The notes below the pieces were generated by a model. That model was not told the DNA's origin, made no database searches, and saw only the letters and a program-made list of their open reading frames with translations. The position numbers and the translations under genes were made by a program. From Fistulifera solaris (lineage: Eukaryota), in the NCBI GenBank assembly GCA_030295235.1, contig AP026147.1, positions 496,001 through 560,000 on the forward strand: a stretch of DNA of 64,000 nucleotides, given 5' to 3'. The first letter of the stretch is position 1; each line of letters starts with the position of its first letter. Below are positions 36,671 to 48,491 of this stretch, piece after piece.

Positions 36671-39567
36671 CTAAGCCCGAACAAAAATGTCTTCCCAATC
36701 GTGAGCGTCTTTGCCATAGCCCCAAGTCATCACTTCATCCCAGTTCTCTACCTGTTGATATAGTGGAACTTGAGCCTGCTTCTTCAAGATAGTCTTTGCA
36801 ATGATTTGCTCAGCGAGGACATTTCCAACTACTCCAAGCCGCTCTTGAAGGCGTCCTATTGTTTTTATCTGCGCACCACGATTGCTAAGATCGCGTCCAT
36901 ATTCAACAACATCGACATCAATACCATTTGCAGCCAGACCGTCTCGAATACTCTCGTAGTACCGCCTTTTCTCGTCTATAAAAAGCTCCAACTCGAGTCT
37001 CTCTATGCGAATAGCATCTTTTTCGGTCGTATTTTCCAATAACCAGGCATTCTTTTGGACAGCAAGTTTGTAGGAGACAAAGGTTTCGATAATGCTACGT
37101 CTCCAGAGGATAATGGGGACGCTCTTTGCGCGTCCAAGACTCTTTATAAACTGGACTGGGCTCATAGACAGTTCGTCAAGATGCTCACGGAAAATTTTGA
37201 ACGCCACGACTGAATGTTCGGATGCCGATGGTATGCTACTTATGTACTTGATCCAGTCAGCTTGTCTCTTGTAGCGACTATTGAATACTTCCATAAGCTT
37301 TTGGTATGACAGTGACCAGGCGCTCCCACTTTCTCCTTTGAGGCGAGCAAAGAACCTCTGAGTGGTGCTGTAAGCCCATGTCTCGTCTCCACCGTCAATG
37401 TGCACTGGTAGGTTACATCCCTCATGCATTGCGTTTACACAGCGCCGAAGCAATCGTACCTGCTCGGCTTCATCATGAGTGTAAGGTTCCAGCATATTTC
37501 GAATATCTAATTGTTCTCCTGCACCATCCTGTAGCCCGTCGAGGATATTAAAGAACAGGTTCGATCCAGTACGTGGCTCTCCGAATACCACCAATAGTTC
37601 AGGTGATTTGACGGTTGCGTATGCGTGCGCGGGACACGCCCAAGGTGTCGAAGAATCCCGAAGGTCGGTGAGGCTTAGATGAGGAGTCGAGTTTTGTAGC
37701 CCGTCGCTCAATTGCTGTGGGAGGACAATTTAGTTGAGCACACGCTACGTTTTATAAAAATCGAAATTAAACTTACCGAATAGGTCATCACCATGAAGCA
37801 GTTCACGCCAACAATAAAGACAACACCAAAGGCACGCTGTTTTTGCTGGCTAAAAGACATGCACAACGTTTCGAGATGGTTGCAGTATTTGGTGATTAAG
37901 AAAGAGGAGTTCACCCAGTATAATCCGATGCAAATTATCATGTTCATCGCTCTGATGAAGATGTCAAACAGCCCGCAGCCATGAAGTCTTCCATCCAATG
38001 CGAACACGTATATAGTTTGATGAAAAGCCAAGCACAAACCAGCAAAAGCAGTTAAATCGTCGGTAGGACAAACTTTTATCTTTCGTGCGTTGGTTCTCTC
38101 GCAAATGTTGTTCTTCAGCCCCGCTTTAGGCGTCGTCAAGAATGTCGCATCATCAGAAAAGAAACCCTCCAAAACCGCCTTGACTTCGAATGCTGACATA
38201 CCGAAACGAAGTGCAAAGTATGGCAGAATGACGGTTAGGCGCAACAGACGTGACCACCAAAGGTTGTAATAGCCATTCTCGCCGGGGACCTTATTCGTAA
38301 GAGCGTGGAGCGCCGATGCAACAGGTTCAACAATAGCCGAAACGGAGACGGCCTTGACCATTAAAGAATCTATCTGATGGTAAACAAGATATGGATAGAC
38401 CATGAAAACCAATGCCGTCATAATCAATTGCAAAGGCCCACACAAATGCAAAAAGGCTTCCAGTTTGACCTGGAAAGGAGTATTCGGCGAGACCAAAACT
38501 TCCCCATAAAAGATCCACAGTACTTGAATAAACCCTTTTGTCCACCGCTGTTTTTGCTGAATGTGTGCTAGAAAATTCCCAGGTACTTCGAGCTGCTGAG
38601 GCGCAGTGCGAACGTAATGAAAATCGTATCCCGCGAGGTATGCCTTGTAAGAAAGAAGCAAATCTTCGGTGACCGTGTCCGAGCTGAAAAGACCGGCGGC
38701 TTGAATGGCCTCCTTTCTCCAAACTCCTCCAGTACCGTTAAAGCCAAATACGCCATGGGCACGATGGCGACCGACTTGCTCGACAACGTGATGAATATCC
38801 AATCCAAGAGCATCACACTCGGTCAGAAGGTTCTCGTGCGTATTGTAATAGCTCCAAGGGGTTTGAACGAGCCCGATATGATCGTTACTGACGCCGTTCG
38901 CGTCATAGAAATGCGGAACTGTTTTTCGAAGAAAGTCGGCGGTAATTTGATGATCGGCATCTAGATAAGCCACAAATTCGCCTTCAACAAAGGGAAAGTT
39001 GTGATTGAGATTGCCGGCCTTGTAACCAATGCGATTCGGTCGAGCGTGCCGCGAAACTGCAAAGCCCTTTTCTCTCCACCTGAGAACGCAATTCTCTATG
39101 ATGGTAATACTTTCCTTTTCGGTCGAGTCGTCACAGATTTGAACGCTTAATTTGTGTAGAGGCCAATCCAACTTACAGCAGCGCGAAATTGTTTCCTCCA
39201 CCACGTGTGCCTCATTGTAGGTGCATATTTGAACAGTGACATGAGGTTCCTTGCCCTGCAACAGATCTGGAGGACATGCATCGTCTGTAGATGGCTCGAA
39301 GTAGAAGCAGTAGATCGATACCAGCAAGTTCTTCCATCGAGAAAAGCTATAGAGCCATATCCCAGTTGATGCAGTGAAGAAGACGATCAGAAGAGGCAAA
39401 TGCCAGGGGTCGTTTTCGTGAAAAGGATGCAGCGAGATGAACATCGTTCCGCCCTCTTTTAAAATTGTATTTTGGTCTGAAGCCATTGGTTTCATTCGCC
39501 GACTAATCATTCTCATTTGTTGAGTTTGCGCAGTGATGTTGGTTAAATGGGTCGGAAAAGTGACCAT
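36671..39567 (-). CDS. Cellulose-synthase-like (CslA/CslC-type) GT2 glycosyltransferase fused to a C-terminal sulfotransferase
   Basis: GT2 motifs VTVQICTYNE, DDS, GYKAGNL, DAD, VQTPW, FNGTGGVWR, TED and QKQRW. A 62-nt intron 37776-37715 (GTAAGT...CCCACAG, phase 0) joins ...MTYS to QLSDG... The sulfotransferase part has the PAPS-binding motifs GEPRTGSN and WRRSIIETFVS. Confidence 0.82.
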
Positions 39568-40065
39568 CCGATCATTCCGATTGTTTTTGTGTTGTGTGCA
39601 TAAGATGGACGTGATGCGTGGCCTGTTAATTGTGAAACATATTTCTTAAGTGCAAGGGTCCCTCTCTTAGTCTTATTTCCTCTTTGATACGACAAAAGAA
39701 GGTCTGTCTTGACTATATCTCAGTCGATCTTAGCAAGCTCTTAGTACTGCAGTCCAGCTTTCGGTATGTCTCCCTTGTTAATATTTATAAAAAGTAAGAG
39801 CAGAAGAAGACGACGACAGCTCACTTCTCGCCCTCATCGTGTGTATACACACACGCTCTTTCGACCTTCGACTCCTCGTTTGTAACCCTTGAAAATCAAT
39901 CGAACGCGAGTACCAGTTTTGATCTATCATAAATACTTCGTAACTCGAAACGTAAAAATAGAATAAAACTTTTATTATAAAAAAAAAAAAAAGATGCAAC
40001 GCTTCAACAATGCCTGAGGAGTCCATTGCACTCCGTATAATCCTTGCGAAAATCTTATCCCTTAT

Positions 40066-40305
40066 CCAGAAAGTCTGGGTAGGTGCTGTTTTCACCTCTC
40101 CAGAAAATCTGGGCAAGTTGTGTATTCAAGTCTCCAGAAAAAATGGGAATGTGTTGTTTTCATTTGCCCAGAAAATCTGGGAATGTGGTGTTTTTCTCCA
40201 GAATATCTGGGAATGTGGTGTTTTGAAGTTTCCAGAAAATCTTGTAAGTTGTGATTTCACGTATCCAGAAAATCAGGGGAAGTGCTATTTCCGCGTGCCC
40301 AGAAT
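40066..40305. repeat. Degenerate ~33-bp tandem repeat with core CCAGAAAATCTGGG (8 copies; one further copy near 41058)
   Basis: Cores at ~40067, 40100, 40134, 40168, 40198, 40232, 40265 and 40299. Confidence 0.85.
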
Positions 40306-40421
40306 CAAGACTAAAAGTAGTCGTAAACTCCGAGCACCATCACTTTGGGACCACAGTACAGTACCGTACCAGGTATAACTACGGAAAACAACGTTTCGCA
40401 AAGCTCGTCGACATCATGTAT

Positions 40422-40790
40422 AACGTCCACAAAAGTCTCTGTCTAACCCAAACCAGCAATTCCAGAATTTCTGGAACGTCCACAAAATCTCTGGCCGACC
40501 CAAACCAGCAATTCCAGAATTTCTGGAACGTGAATGAATCTCTGTGTGACTCAAATCACTGATTCCAGAATTTCTGGAACGTCCACAAAATCTCTGGCTG
40601 ACCCAAACCAACAATTCCAGAATTTCTGGAACGTGAATGAATCTCTGTGTGACTCAAATCACTGATTCCAGAATTTCTGGAACGTCCACAAAATCTCTGG
40701 CTGACCCAAACCAACAATTCCAGAATTTCTGGAACGTGAATGAATCTCTGTGTGACTCAAATCACTGATTCCAGAATTTCTGGAACGTCC
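40422..40790. repeat. Tandem 51/52-bp (103-bp dimer) repeat with palindrome TTCCAGAATTTCTGGAA (7 copies)
   Basis: Palindromes at 40460, 40512, 40563, 40615, 40666, 40718 and 40769, with two alternating spacer types. Confidence 0.95.
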
Positions 40791-41285
40791 TTAGTATTAT
40801 GTGGTGTACTGTAACGCTGCTTTTTAACCTTTATTTCATTGCAACAACGATAAAGAAGCGTAAGAATTTTGGCTGACGAACGAATTATAGGCAGCATTGT
40901 CGCTCAAAGGATTATGGCTTCATGACTGAAACTACCAGGTATGATTAGTAGTTGATGTACACTTTCGACTACTGTATACTCCGTAGTAAATACATTTGTC
41001 GATATAATGAGTCAGACGGAAATTCTGACAGACAGGTCCTGTCATGTTTGCACGTTCCCAGAAAATCTGGGTATCGGTGTGCGTGCGCCTTGCGCCTCCG
41101 TCGTCACGCAACATCACTGCTCGCATAATAATAACCTGCAACTGCAACACTGTCGTCACTTGAATTTTTGAACTAAGCTTACTGTACCTGGTAATAAGCA
41201 TTCCAGTTGGTATCATTCACTTTATTGTTTGATTCCTTCGAGTCTTAATACGGGAACAAATTGGCGCATTGTGACGACCTTGACA

Positions 41286-41811
41286 ATGAAACTTATCCAG
41301 CTTTTCCGAGCCACTATCGTTCTTTTCATGAGTGTTTGGCACATGTCATCGGCGTTTGTCATCTCACGGCATCCGACTCAAATGCTGGTAAAGCTATTAG
41401 CAGCGAGTGATAGTACATCAGCTGATGCCGATGAAATCATCGCACGGCGAATTCTCGTCACAGGAGATGTGCAGGGCGGTTATTATCGATCTTGTGTTCG
41501 AAACGAGGTGCGTCTAGAGTCTAGAAAAGAATGTCTTTTACTTTCCGACGAAACCAGGCAATTTCCTCAAAAATTCTTTCATTTCATCCTCTTAGGCCGG
41601 TCGCTTCCGAAGACTGGTGGGCAACATGACTCCCGTCGACGAAAAGAGCCGAGAAGCCGAAATCTATGTGGAAGGGAAGCGACGAATGGTAGAAGGCTTT
41701 GTACGATGGTGTCGGAAAAGTAATGTAGGACTCAGCCAGATCATTCAAGTCAAGGAAGTGAAGGAAGAAGAGCCCACGGGTCTTTATGAGGATTTTTATG
41801 TGCAGTCGTGA
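41286..41811 (+). CDS. Acylphosphatase, putatively plastid-targeted
   Basis: SSA-FV presequence; VTGDVQGGYYR motif. Intron 41508-41595 joins to AGRFRRLVGNM...EIYVEG...FVRWC. Confidence 0.85.
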
Positions 41812-42440
41812 TGCCAATGGCAAAATCGAAACCATCTAGAGGCTCCGAATGAACTGGACGGTCACGCAGACCTACTTATTCTATAGTTTAGTATCACAAA
41901 CAGCTACCCAGATAGAAAATAACAAGCTTCAATTCAATTGATAAAGCCTTTTACTTAGAGGAAATAGCAGCGCAAGAAACTAACACTCTGCTTGTGTCAC
42001 TGACTTGTGACTTTTGAGATGCCGCCATAGCATTTTCGCTCACGAGGAAAACCATCTGGCCGAGGGACTAAACAAGTTACCAGGTGTTGTCTATAGTACT
42101 GAAAGGAATAAGTGATGTTGACTGCTAGTTCGAGGCAACTCATTGGCTTGAGGCGATGCTAGCCGATTGGAGGGGGAAGTAGTTAGGGGCGCGATAAAGA
42201 GACAGTTAACCTCCACCCTAAACTATTCCATCGCGGTACACTTCTCTTGTCTGCTTCTGAATGCAACATGCAACATGCAACAAAACGCATCACATAGCAA
42301 TGAGCAGCTCTGCTCAATCACCGACTCGGTATCTGAACTTCTCCGCACCTTTTCGCAAATTGTCTCAATAGGAATGAAACAGGAGGAAATACCGCTGTGT
42401 GGCTTAAAAGTTCGTTAACCGACCGAAGAACAAAGAAAAA

Positions 42441-43196
42441 ATGGAGCGCCAAGACGCACCTGCTCCACTATTATTTCGTTCCACTTTGTACGCTCCGTTG
42501 GCGGCATACCAGCAAACACGCGTATCTCCTGCCGAATATACGCGAGCTTCAATCAAAGTGACGAAAGAGTTGCACGAAAGCAGTCTGTATAAGTTCCTGC
42601 AACATGTTTCCAATCATCACCACGCTAAACCCAATCAACTGCATGCTAAAAATACGGCCGGCAAGCCTCTGAAGGACTATGAGGATCGGATTCAACAAAG
42701 AGCGCTGAATTTAGTCGGAGGAGATTTTTACGGTAACGTCAAAGCAAAGTCGCAGCGTGCAAAAGCAGTCAAAAGGCGACGACCAGCGAAACAAAACTGT
42801 TCTTTCTCGCGATCGGCGGAAGCGACCGTCAAGTCCGATCACCTATTTATGGACAATTTGAATAAATTATGGAATGATTATGCTCAAAAGTGTGTGGTGG
42901 TTGGAACAGAAGTGGCAATAAACGATATGGAGTGGGTCGGGGCACTTGTTCGTATTGACGAATGTCCAGCGTTTCGCAACTGGAAAGGCTACAAGGGTAT
43001 CGTAGTTCAACACACAAGCAAGTCTTGGCACGTGTATATCAAAGGACAGAGAAAGAACAAGGCTCGAAAACAGATCAACAAGCTGTTGTATCTACCGAAA
43101 GACAATACAAAATTGGCAGCCCTGACATACAAGTCAACAGGAAATGATGACGAACGTCTCTGCACGGTGATCCGAATTGAAAACAATGCACGATAA
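42441..43196 (+). CDS. POP4: RNase P/MRP subunit POP4/Rpp29-like
   Basis: LNKLWNDY, GALVRI, GYKGIVVQHT and LPKDNT pattern of the UPF0086/Rpp29 beta-barrel. Confidence 0.7.
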   Translation: MERQDAPAPLLFRSTLYAPLAAYQQTRVSPAEYTRASIKVTKELHESSLYKFLQHVSNHHHAKPNQLHAKNTAGKPLKDYEDRIQQRALNLVGGDFYGNVKAKSQRAKAVKRRRPAKQNCSFSRSAEATVKSDHLFMDNLNKLWNDYAQKCVVVGTEVAINDMEWVGALVRIDECPAFRNWKGYKGIVVQHTSKSWHVYIKGQRKNKARKQINKLLYLPKDNTKLAALTYKSTGNDDERLCTVIRIENNAR

Positions 43197-43283
43197 ATAT
43201 AAATTCCAACCTTCCTTTCAAACAAACAAAAACGATTTCAACGAGTGCGTAGCTATGGCTCTGTTCAAAGTATGGCTTTCAAT

Positions 43284-43595
43284 TTAGAACTGGTGACCTG
43301 TTGGTGCAGCCTTCTGACCCAACTCGAAGTGCTTGGTTCGCTTAAGGCAAAGTTGCTTCTTCGTCTTGCATGTCTTGCATTCCAGACGGAGAACAATCTT
43401 ACGCGTAGTCTTGGCCTTCTTGTGGAAAACTGGCTTCGTTTGTCCACCGAAACCCATCTGCTTCGAGTCGTATCGGCGCTTTCCTTGAGCAAAGTTGGAG
43501 GCCTTACCAGCTTTGTATTGCGTCACCTTATGCACGGCATGCTTTTTGCATTTGCCGGCGCAATATGTTTTACGTTCCTTTGGTACATTCACCAT
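43284..43595 (-). CDS. RPL36A: 60S ribosomal protein eL42 (L44/L36a)
   Basis: MVNVPK.RKTYC...[40 protein letters not shown]. Probable 5'-UTR intron ~43735-43602. Confidence 0.97.
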   Translation of the reverse strand: MVNVPKERKTYCAGKCKKHAVHKVTQYKAGKASNFAQGKRRYDSKQMGFGGQTKPVFHKKAKTTRKIVLRLECKTCKTKKQLCLKRTKHFELGQKAAPTGHQF

Positions 43596-44572
43596 TTTTC
43601 ACTACAATGAAATAGTCGACAGGAGAGGCAAGCATTGAGAGAACATTTCCGTAAAATAACAAGCGATAGTCTACTTCCTCATGACTCGTTTCCGCTTCAC
43701 ACTACACCGATTAAGTCAATCATTCATTCACTTACATTGATAAACACCTCAACACAATGACTTGAAAGAAGACAGCGCGATCAAGTTGCTTATTGCCTGC
43801 TGTTGAGACGCAACATCGCGAGACGGAAAAAGTTGATAGTAGAGCGGTAAACGGTACAGGGAAATTCTGAGTCTTGGGTTTCTAGTCACGAAAGGACTTT
43901 TCTACATTTCACCCAAGAGTGAATGAACAGATTTAACATCATTCAATTCGCCTAACTCATGCGTACAGCATCATCAACAATATTTTCTAGGCGAATTGAA
44001 TAATGGCGTCTTAACATAGATGAAGCAAAAGCAGTTGTTTTCACATAGTTTTTCGATGGAATAATTATTCAGTCGACCATTATCCGGGACTGAAGAGAAT
44101 CGAGTCGTCAGAATCCACGAAAACTACTTTTCTTCCCGTTTACCGTTATTTAGATTCATGCTCTAGAGGTACCGGTACCGTACCTGGTACTCCTACTTTA
44201 GTAACCATTTACGTAACTTCCATGATATAATGTTTAACTAAATTGTTAACCAATTCCTTTACCGTAGAATCACCAACAAAGACTGATAAAATACATCCGT
44301 TTCACAGAAGATTTTGTTATGTAGGAGCCTGAGTAGAGCAGCTTGCGTCTAGAGATAAGAGAACTAGACAAGAGAGTCCAGACCTAGAGAGCAATACAAT
44401 TCATGAATTACTAAAACATACATTTATCTACTAAATCCACTTCAACCGATATTCACGGGAACTTATAAAGCGATCAATGAATCAATTATACAGAGGAGTG
44501 CACGTGACTCGACAACTCCGCCACTCTGAGCGAAAACAAGTGTTTTGCCACTCAGTAGACAGTCTTTCCCCA

Positions 44573-45872
44573 TCATCCCACCGTAGAGACTGAGAGATTG
44601 AAATACCCTGGGTTACCGTCCTCCAACGGTGCAAGCGTTATATTTACATCAAGCTAAAAGACAAGTGAGAGACCGACAACCAATTTTTCAAGCAAAAGTG
44701 AAGTTGATGAGACTTACCCTTTGATCCTGGGTGGATACAAGACTACCGCACCAGAACAGTAGCTGCGGTTCTTGAATCGTTTCCCCTTCAGAATCCGCCG
44801 TAAACTTGGATCGCTTCAGCAAATCGGCCATAGCTTCAAAGATTTCTTGGTGATTCTGAATGAAGAGAAAGAGGCTTTGTTGGACTAATTGTGCGTGATT
44901 TGTCGCCCCAACCGACTCGGCAAACTTGGGATTGCAGCAGAGTAGGCGCCCGTCTAGCGACGCCAACGCCCAAGGATAAGGGCAATGCAAGAAAATTTGC
45001 TCATAGTCAATGCTTTGTGTCAACGGCCCATCGTCATTGAGGCTCGGGCAATTGTAGGAATAGTATAAGTCCTTTTGACCCGAATTGAAGTTGCTGCTTC
45101 GACTTTGACTATCTTCACTACTGACACCAGCAGCTGACATGGAGCTCGGAGCCAACGCTTCATCGCCTGCTACCGATGCCTCCTGTGTTTGCCGGATCGT
45201 TTGAACCAGTCTCTGATAATCAGCATCCAACATGATAGCTTGCGATTGCAGTTGTTGAATATACTCCGAAACGCTCACAAGAATGGAGAATTTGTTCGAC
45301 TTGAATGAAACGTTTGCTTCCGTCAACACGTCCCGAAGCTGTTTGATTTGTTGACTGATTTGATGGGATCGCTGTTGTTCTTTCAAGTTCCGCTCGTATC
45401 GCCTTTTTGAGGAAGGAGACAAACGATCAAACTCATCTTTGTCCATACTTCGGGGAGTACTATCATCAATCGAAAATTCTTTAGCGGGAACAGATTCAGC
45501 CGCTTTACGTTTTCGACTCGTTTCCCTGGATGTTATGGAGCTATTAGTGGAAAGGATGGGATGTGCGGTTTGAAACATTGGATAGCCGCTGAATGAAATT
45601 TGCGAAGGAGGATGTGGTTGTTGATTTTGCGAAACAAATCCGCTGTCTTGCTGCGAATTTCCAGTTTGATTTAAATGAGATTGTGGCTGCTGAAATTGAT
45701 GAGTGTTTATTTGCTGCAGCTGTGGCACAGCAATAGGTAATGTTGGAGCACTCATGTTCGAAATTCCCAGTGAATTGGTCGCCATACTTGCATTGATGAA
45801 TGACTGTAAGCTAACCTGAATCGCTTGCTGCAACATAAGTTGCTGCTGCTGTGCGTCACTTGTATTATTCAT
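44573..45872 (-). CDS. bHLH-PAS transcription factor (paralog A)
   Basis: bHLH RRYERNLKEQQRSHQISQQIKQLRDVL...KFSILVSVSEYIQQL; PAS ALASLDGRLLCCNPKF. Intron 44717-44654 adds LDVNITL...YFNLSV. Confidence 0.85.
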
Positions 45873-46959
45873 CGCCCCTTGTAGAAAAGGATTGAGCCCG
45901 CTGTTCGAATCCGAGGCCTGATTGCCTTGCGGAACGGGCGCAAAATCCCCCTGATAAGGGAAACGCTGCTCCGGGGCCCCGCCCCTTGATCACCACCGCT
46001 ATTTTCCCGAGACGCCATACGGAAAGTCAGAAAAAGGAACGATCAATAGAGATGCTTGCTTCGAAAAAGAAAATAATCGTATCGCGCAAGACCTCGCAGA
46101 ACAAATGTGACGAATGCCAAGATATTCGAGCTGTTGCGCAAAAACTGGAGATTGTTTGATTTGCTTGATCGATAAATGAGAGAGGGATGTTTTTGTGACA
46201 ACAATCGTAAATTGTAGCAAAGATGGGATTCAGTTTGAAAGTAATCAATTAGTTTCAGATATCAACATTCGTTGTTGTTCCGCATTGCAGCAAGGAGGAG
46301 CAAGAAGATGACATCCACCGCTTGCTCGCGGCGGCTTATCGCGGCGTTTCGCATTTCGCTGGACCTACGGAGAGGACCGCGGAAGGGCAATTCGGAATGC
46401 ATTTTCTTCTTCAACATCCAGCGAAGTACAGTAGAAATTTCAATACTCCTACTCATAGATATATACTGCCGTGACAATAATCAGAAGACTACAGCTTCGC
46501 AGATAGCCAATCAAAGTTCTTTGTTCGTGAAACAGTCTCCGCAGCCATCTGGCCTTCGACACGAAACCTCTATTCAAAGATACCGAAGCGACACAATGAA
46601 CAAACTTAGCGTACGATTTACTATCGAGTACTATGTACGCCCATGCGAACATTTTTATGTCGCACTGGGTACTTTGCGACATGAAAGTGCGATTGACTGA
46701 ATGACGAGTGACGAGTGACGAGGAAATGAAAAATGAAGAGGTGATGAAAAAACAAAAAGGAATTGCATGTGCCCGTCTCCGTCATCCGTCGTCATGCAAT
46801 CCAATATTTGAGAAGTCTTACATAATTTGCTTTACATCGAAGTCAGTACAGCACCATTTTTAACGTACATTTATCTCTCTCGTAAACGCCGACAGGTTTT
46901 CACTGCAATCTGCGAGCAGATACTGCTGCTGCTTTCGTACAAATACACGAACGCCGAAG

Positions 46960-48213
46960 ATGTATTTCGATGCACAACGGGGCGTGACAGTTCTCTTATC
47001 AGACGACTGGGAGAATGGAAGCTTTTATGGAGAATGCAACTACATGTCTTGTTCTGAAAAGGATGGTCTGGTTCGAAGAACACTCTTCTGGATCAAACTA
47101 GCACTCATCAAAGTTGCGAACAGTTACGTTGCCTTTCCCATTATCTTGTTTACCCTACCGCTTCTCGTCGGCCTCGTGGTGGGGTATTTTCTGGGAAAGA
47201 AGCAACGTTATGCTAACAACCGAGATAATAGGCGAGAAAATACTACTCTGTTCACCTTTATCGAGGCCTTTCTGTATTTTGCTTTCAAATGGTCGCCAAC
47301 TTGTAAACAAGAACCATCGAGCGACTCTAAAACAAAAATGACGGAAATGAAAGCCATTTCGTCTGCAGAAAATGTTCGCAAATCGTCTACGGACATTATG
47401 TCGGCATCCCTGGAGGACACACCGGGCCTTGGTCAGCGTGAAGAAGAAGCGAGGAAGAAGCTGTTGGAAAGCGAAGGATTATTTCACGCGCAAATCCCCC
47501 AAGAATCACTACCTCGTCACGTGGCTGTCGTCATGGACGGGAATCGACGCTATGGAAGAGCGAAATACGGTAACACAACGGCTGGACACTGGGATGGTTG
47601 TCGTAAATTGTTGGACATGGCAACGTGGTGCCAGAGTCTACGTATCCCGTCTCTCACGGTTTATGCTTTTTCCACTGAGAATTGGAATCGAACAGAAGCC
47701 GAAGTTTCCGCTTTATTCGCCATCTTCTATAGATATGCAGATGAGCTGCGAGAGGAATCAATCAAGCGGAAATTCGCTGTGAAGGTTCTTTCTACAGATC
47801 ATGTTCATCGAATACCCCAGCAGGCGAAAGAAGCACTGAAACGACTGGAAGATGAAACTCGTTGCTTTATAAAAGACGGCAATCTTCAAATAAACGTTTG
47901 TCTATCTTATGGAAGTCGAGGAGAGATAATAAATGCCTGCCGATCGCTGGCAAAGAAATGCATCAAAGAGTCCCAAGACCCTGATCAGTATATAAACGAC
48001 TCTAGTATTTCCGAGGAATTGTTAACAGACTCAGACCCAGATATCCTAATCAGGACTTCCGGTGAAGTACGATTGAGCAACTTCTTGCTATGGCAACTGG
48101 CGTACACAGAATTATTCTTTGTTGACAAAATGTGGCCAGATTTTGAAAGGGACGATTTCTTAAGCATTTTGCATAGCTACACCGAGGGCAGACAACGGCG
48201 ATTTGGCAAGTAA
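46960..48213 (+). CDS. cis-prenyltransferase (UPPS/DHDDS family) with N-terminal TM
   Basis: PRHVAVVMDGNRRY, YAFSTENWNR, SYGSRGEI and PDILIRTSGEVRLSNFLLWQ. Confidence 0.93.
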   Translation: MYFDAQRGVTVLLSDDWENGSFYGECNYMSCSEKDGLVRRTLFWIKLALIKVANSYVAFPIILFTLPLLVGLVVGYFLGKKQRYANNRDNRRENTTLFTFIEAFLYFAFKWSPTCKQEPSSDSKTKMTEMKAISSAENVRKSSTDIMSASLEDTPGLGQREEEARKKLLESEGLFHAQIPQESLPRHVAVVMDGNRRYGRAKYGNTTAGHWDGCRKLLDMATWCQSLRIPSLTVYAFSTENWNRTEAEVSALFAIFYRYADELREESIKRKFAVKVLSTDHVHRIPQQAKEALKRLEDETRCFIKDGNLQINVCLSYGSRGEIINACRSLAKKCIKESQDPDQYINDSSISEELLTDSDPDILIRTSGEVRLSNFLLWQLAYTELFFVDKMWPDFERDDFLSILHSYTEGRQRRFGK

Positions 48214-48491
48214 AACTCGTTCATTGGTACTCTGTTACAAGAAACAGAGCTCACAGTATTAGTATATTATAATCCTAGACGTCCTTTGCTTTAAACTACT
48301 CAATACGCAACCTTTTCATTTGACAGAGAATCGATTGATGGGTGAAGAAGATCAACCCCCAGAGAATCATAAACTTTATCGGTCAAGTAGGGGGAGTGTT
48401 ATCAAGAGGAGTATGAATGTTGATAGATGCATCGAATTGGGCACTTGAATCTCGGACGTGCCGTATCGCGAACAAAGTTCGAGACTTCTGC

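Noticed and set aside
37708..37711. Bacterial-style overlapping stop/start (operon) between GT2 and sulfotransferase
   Set aside because: Better explained by the canonical 62-nt intron that fuses both ORFs; the apparent start is TTG.
40422..40790. CRISPR-like look (palindromic repeat with ~32-bp spacers)
   Set aside because: The spacers are themselves repeated (A/B alternation), there are no cas genes and the context is eukaryotic; it is a tandem repeat.
43602..43735. Possible snoRNA in the RPL36A 5'-UTR intron
   Set aside because: No convincing C/D or H/ACA boxes by eye.
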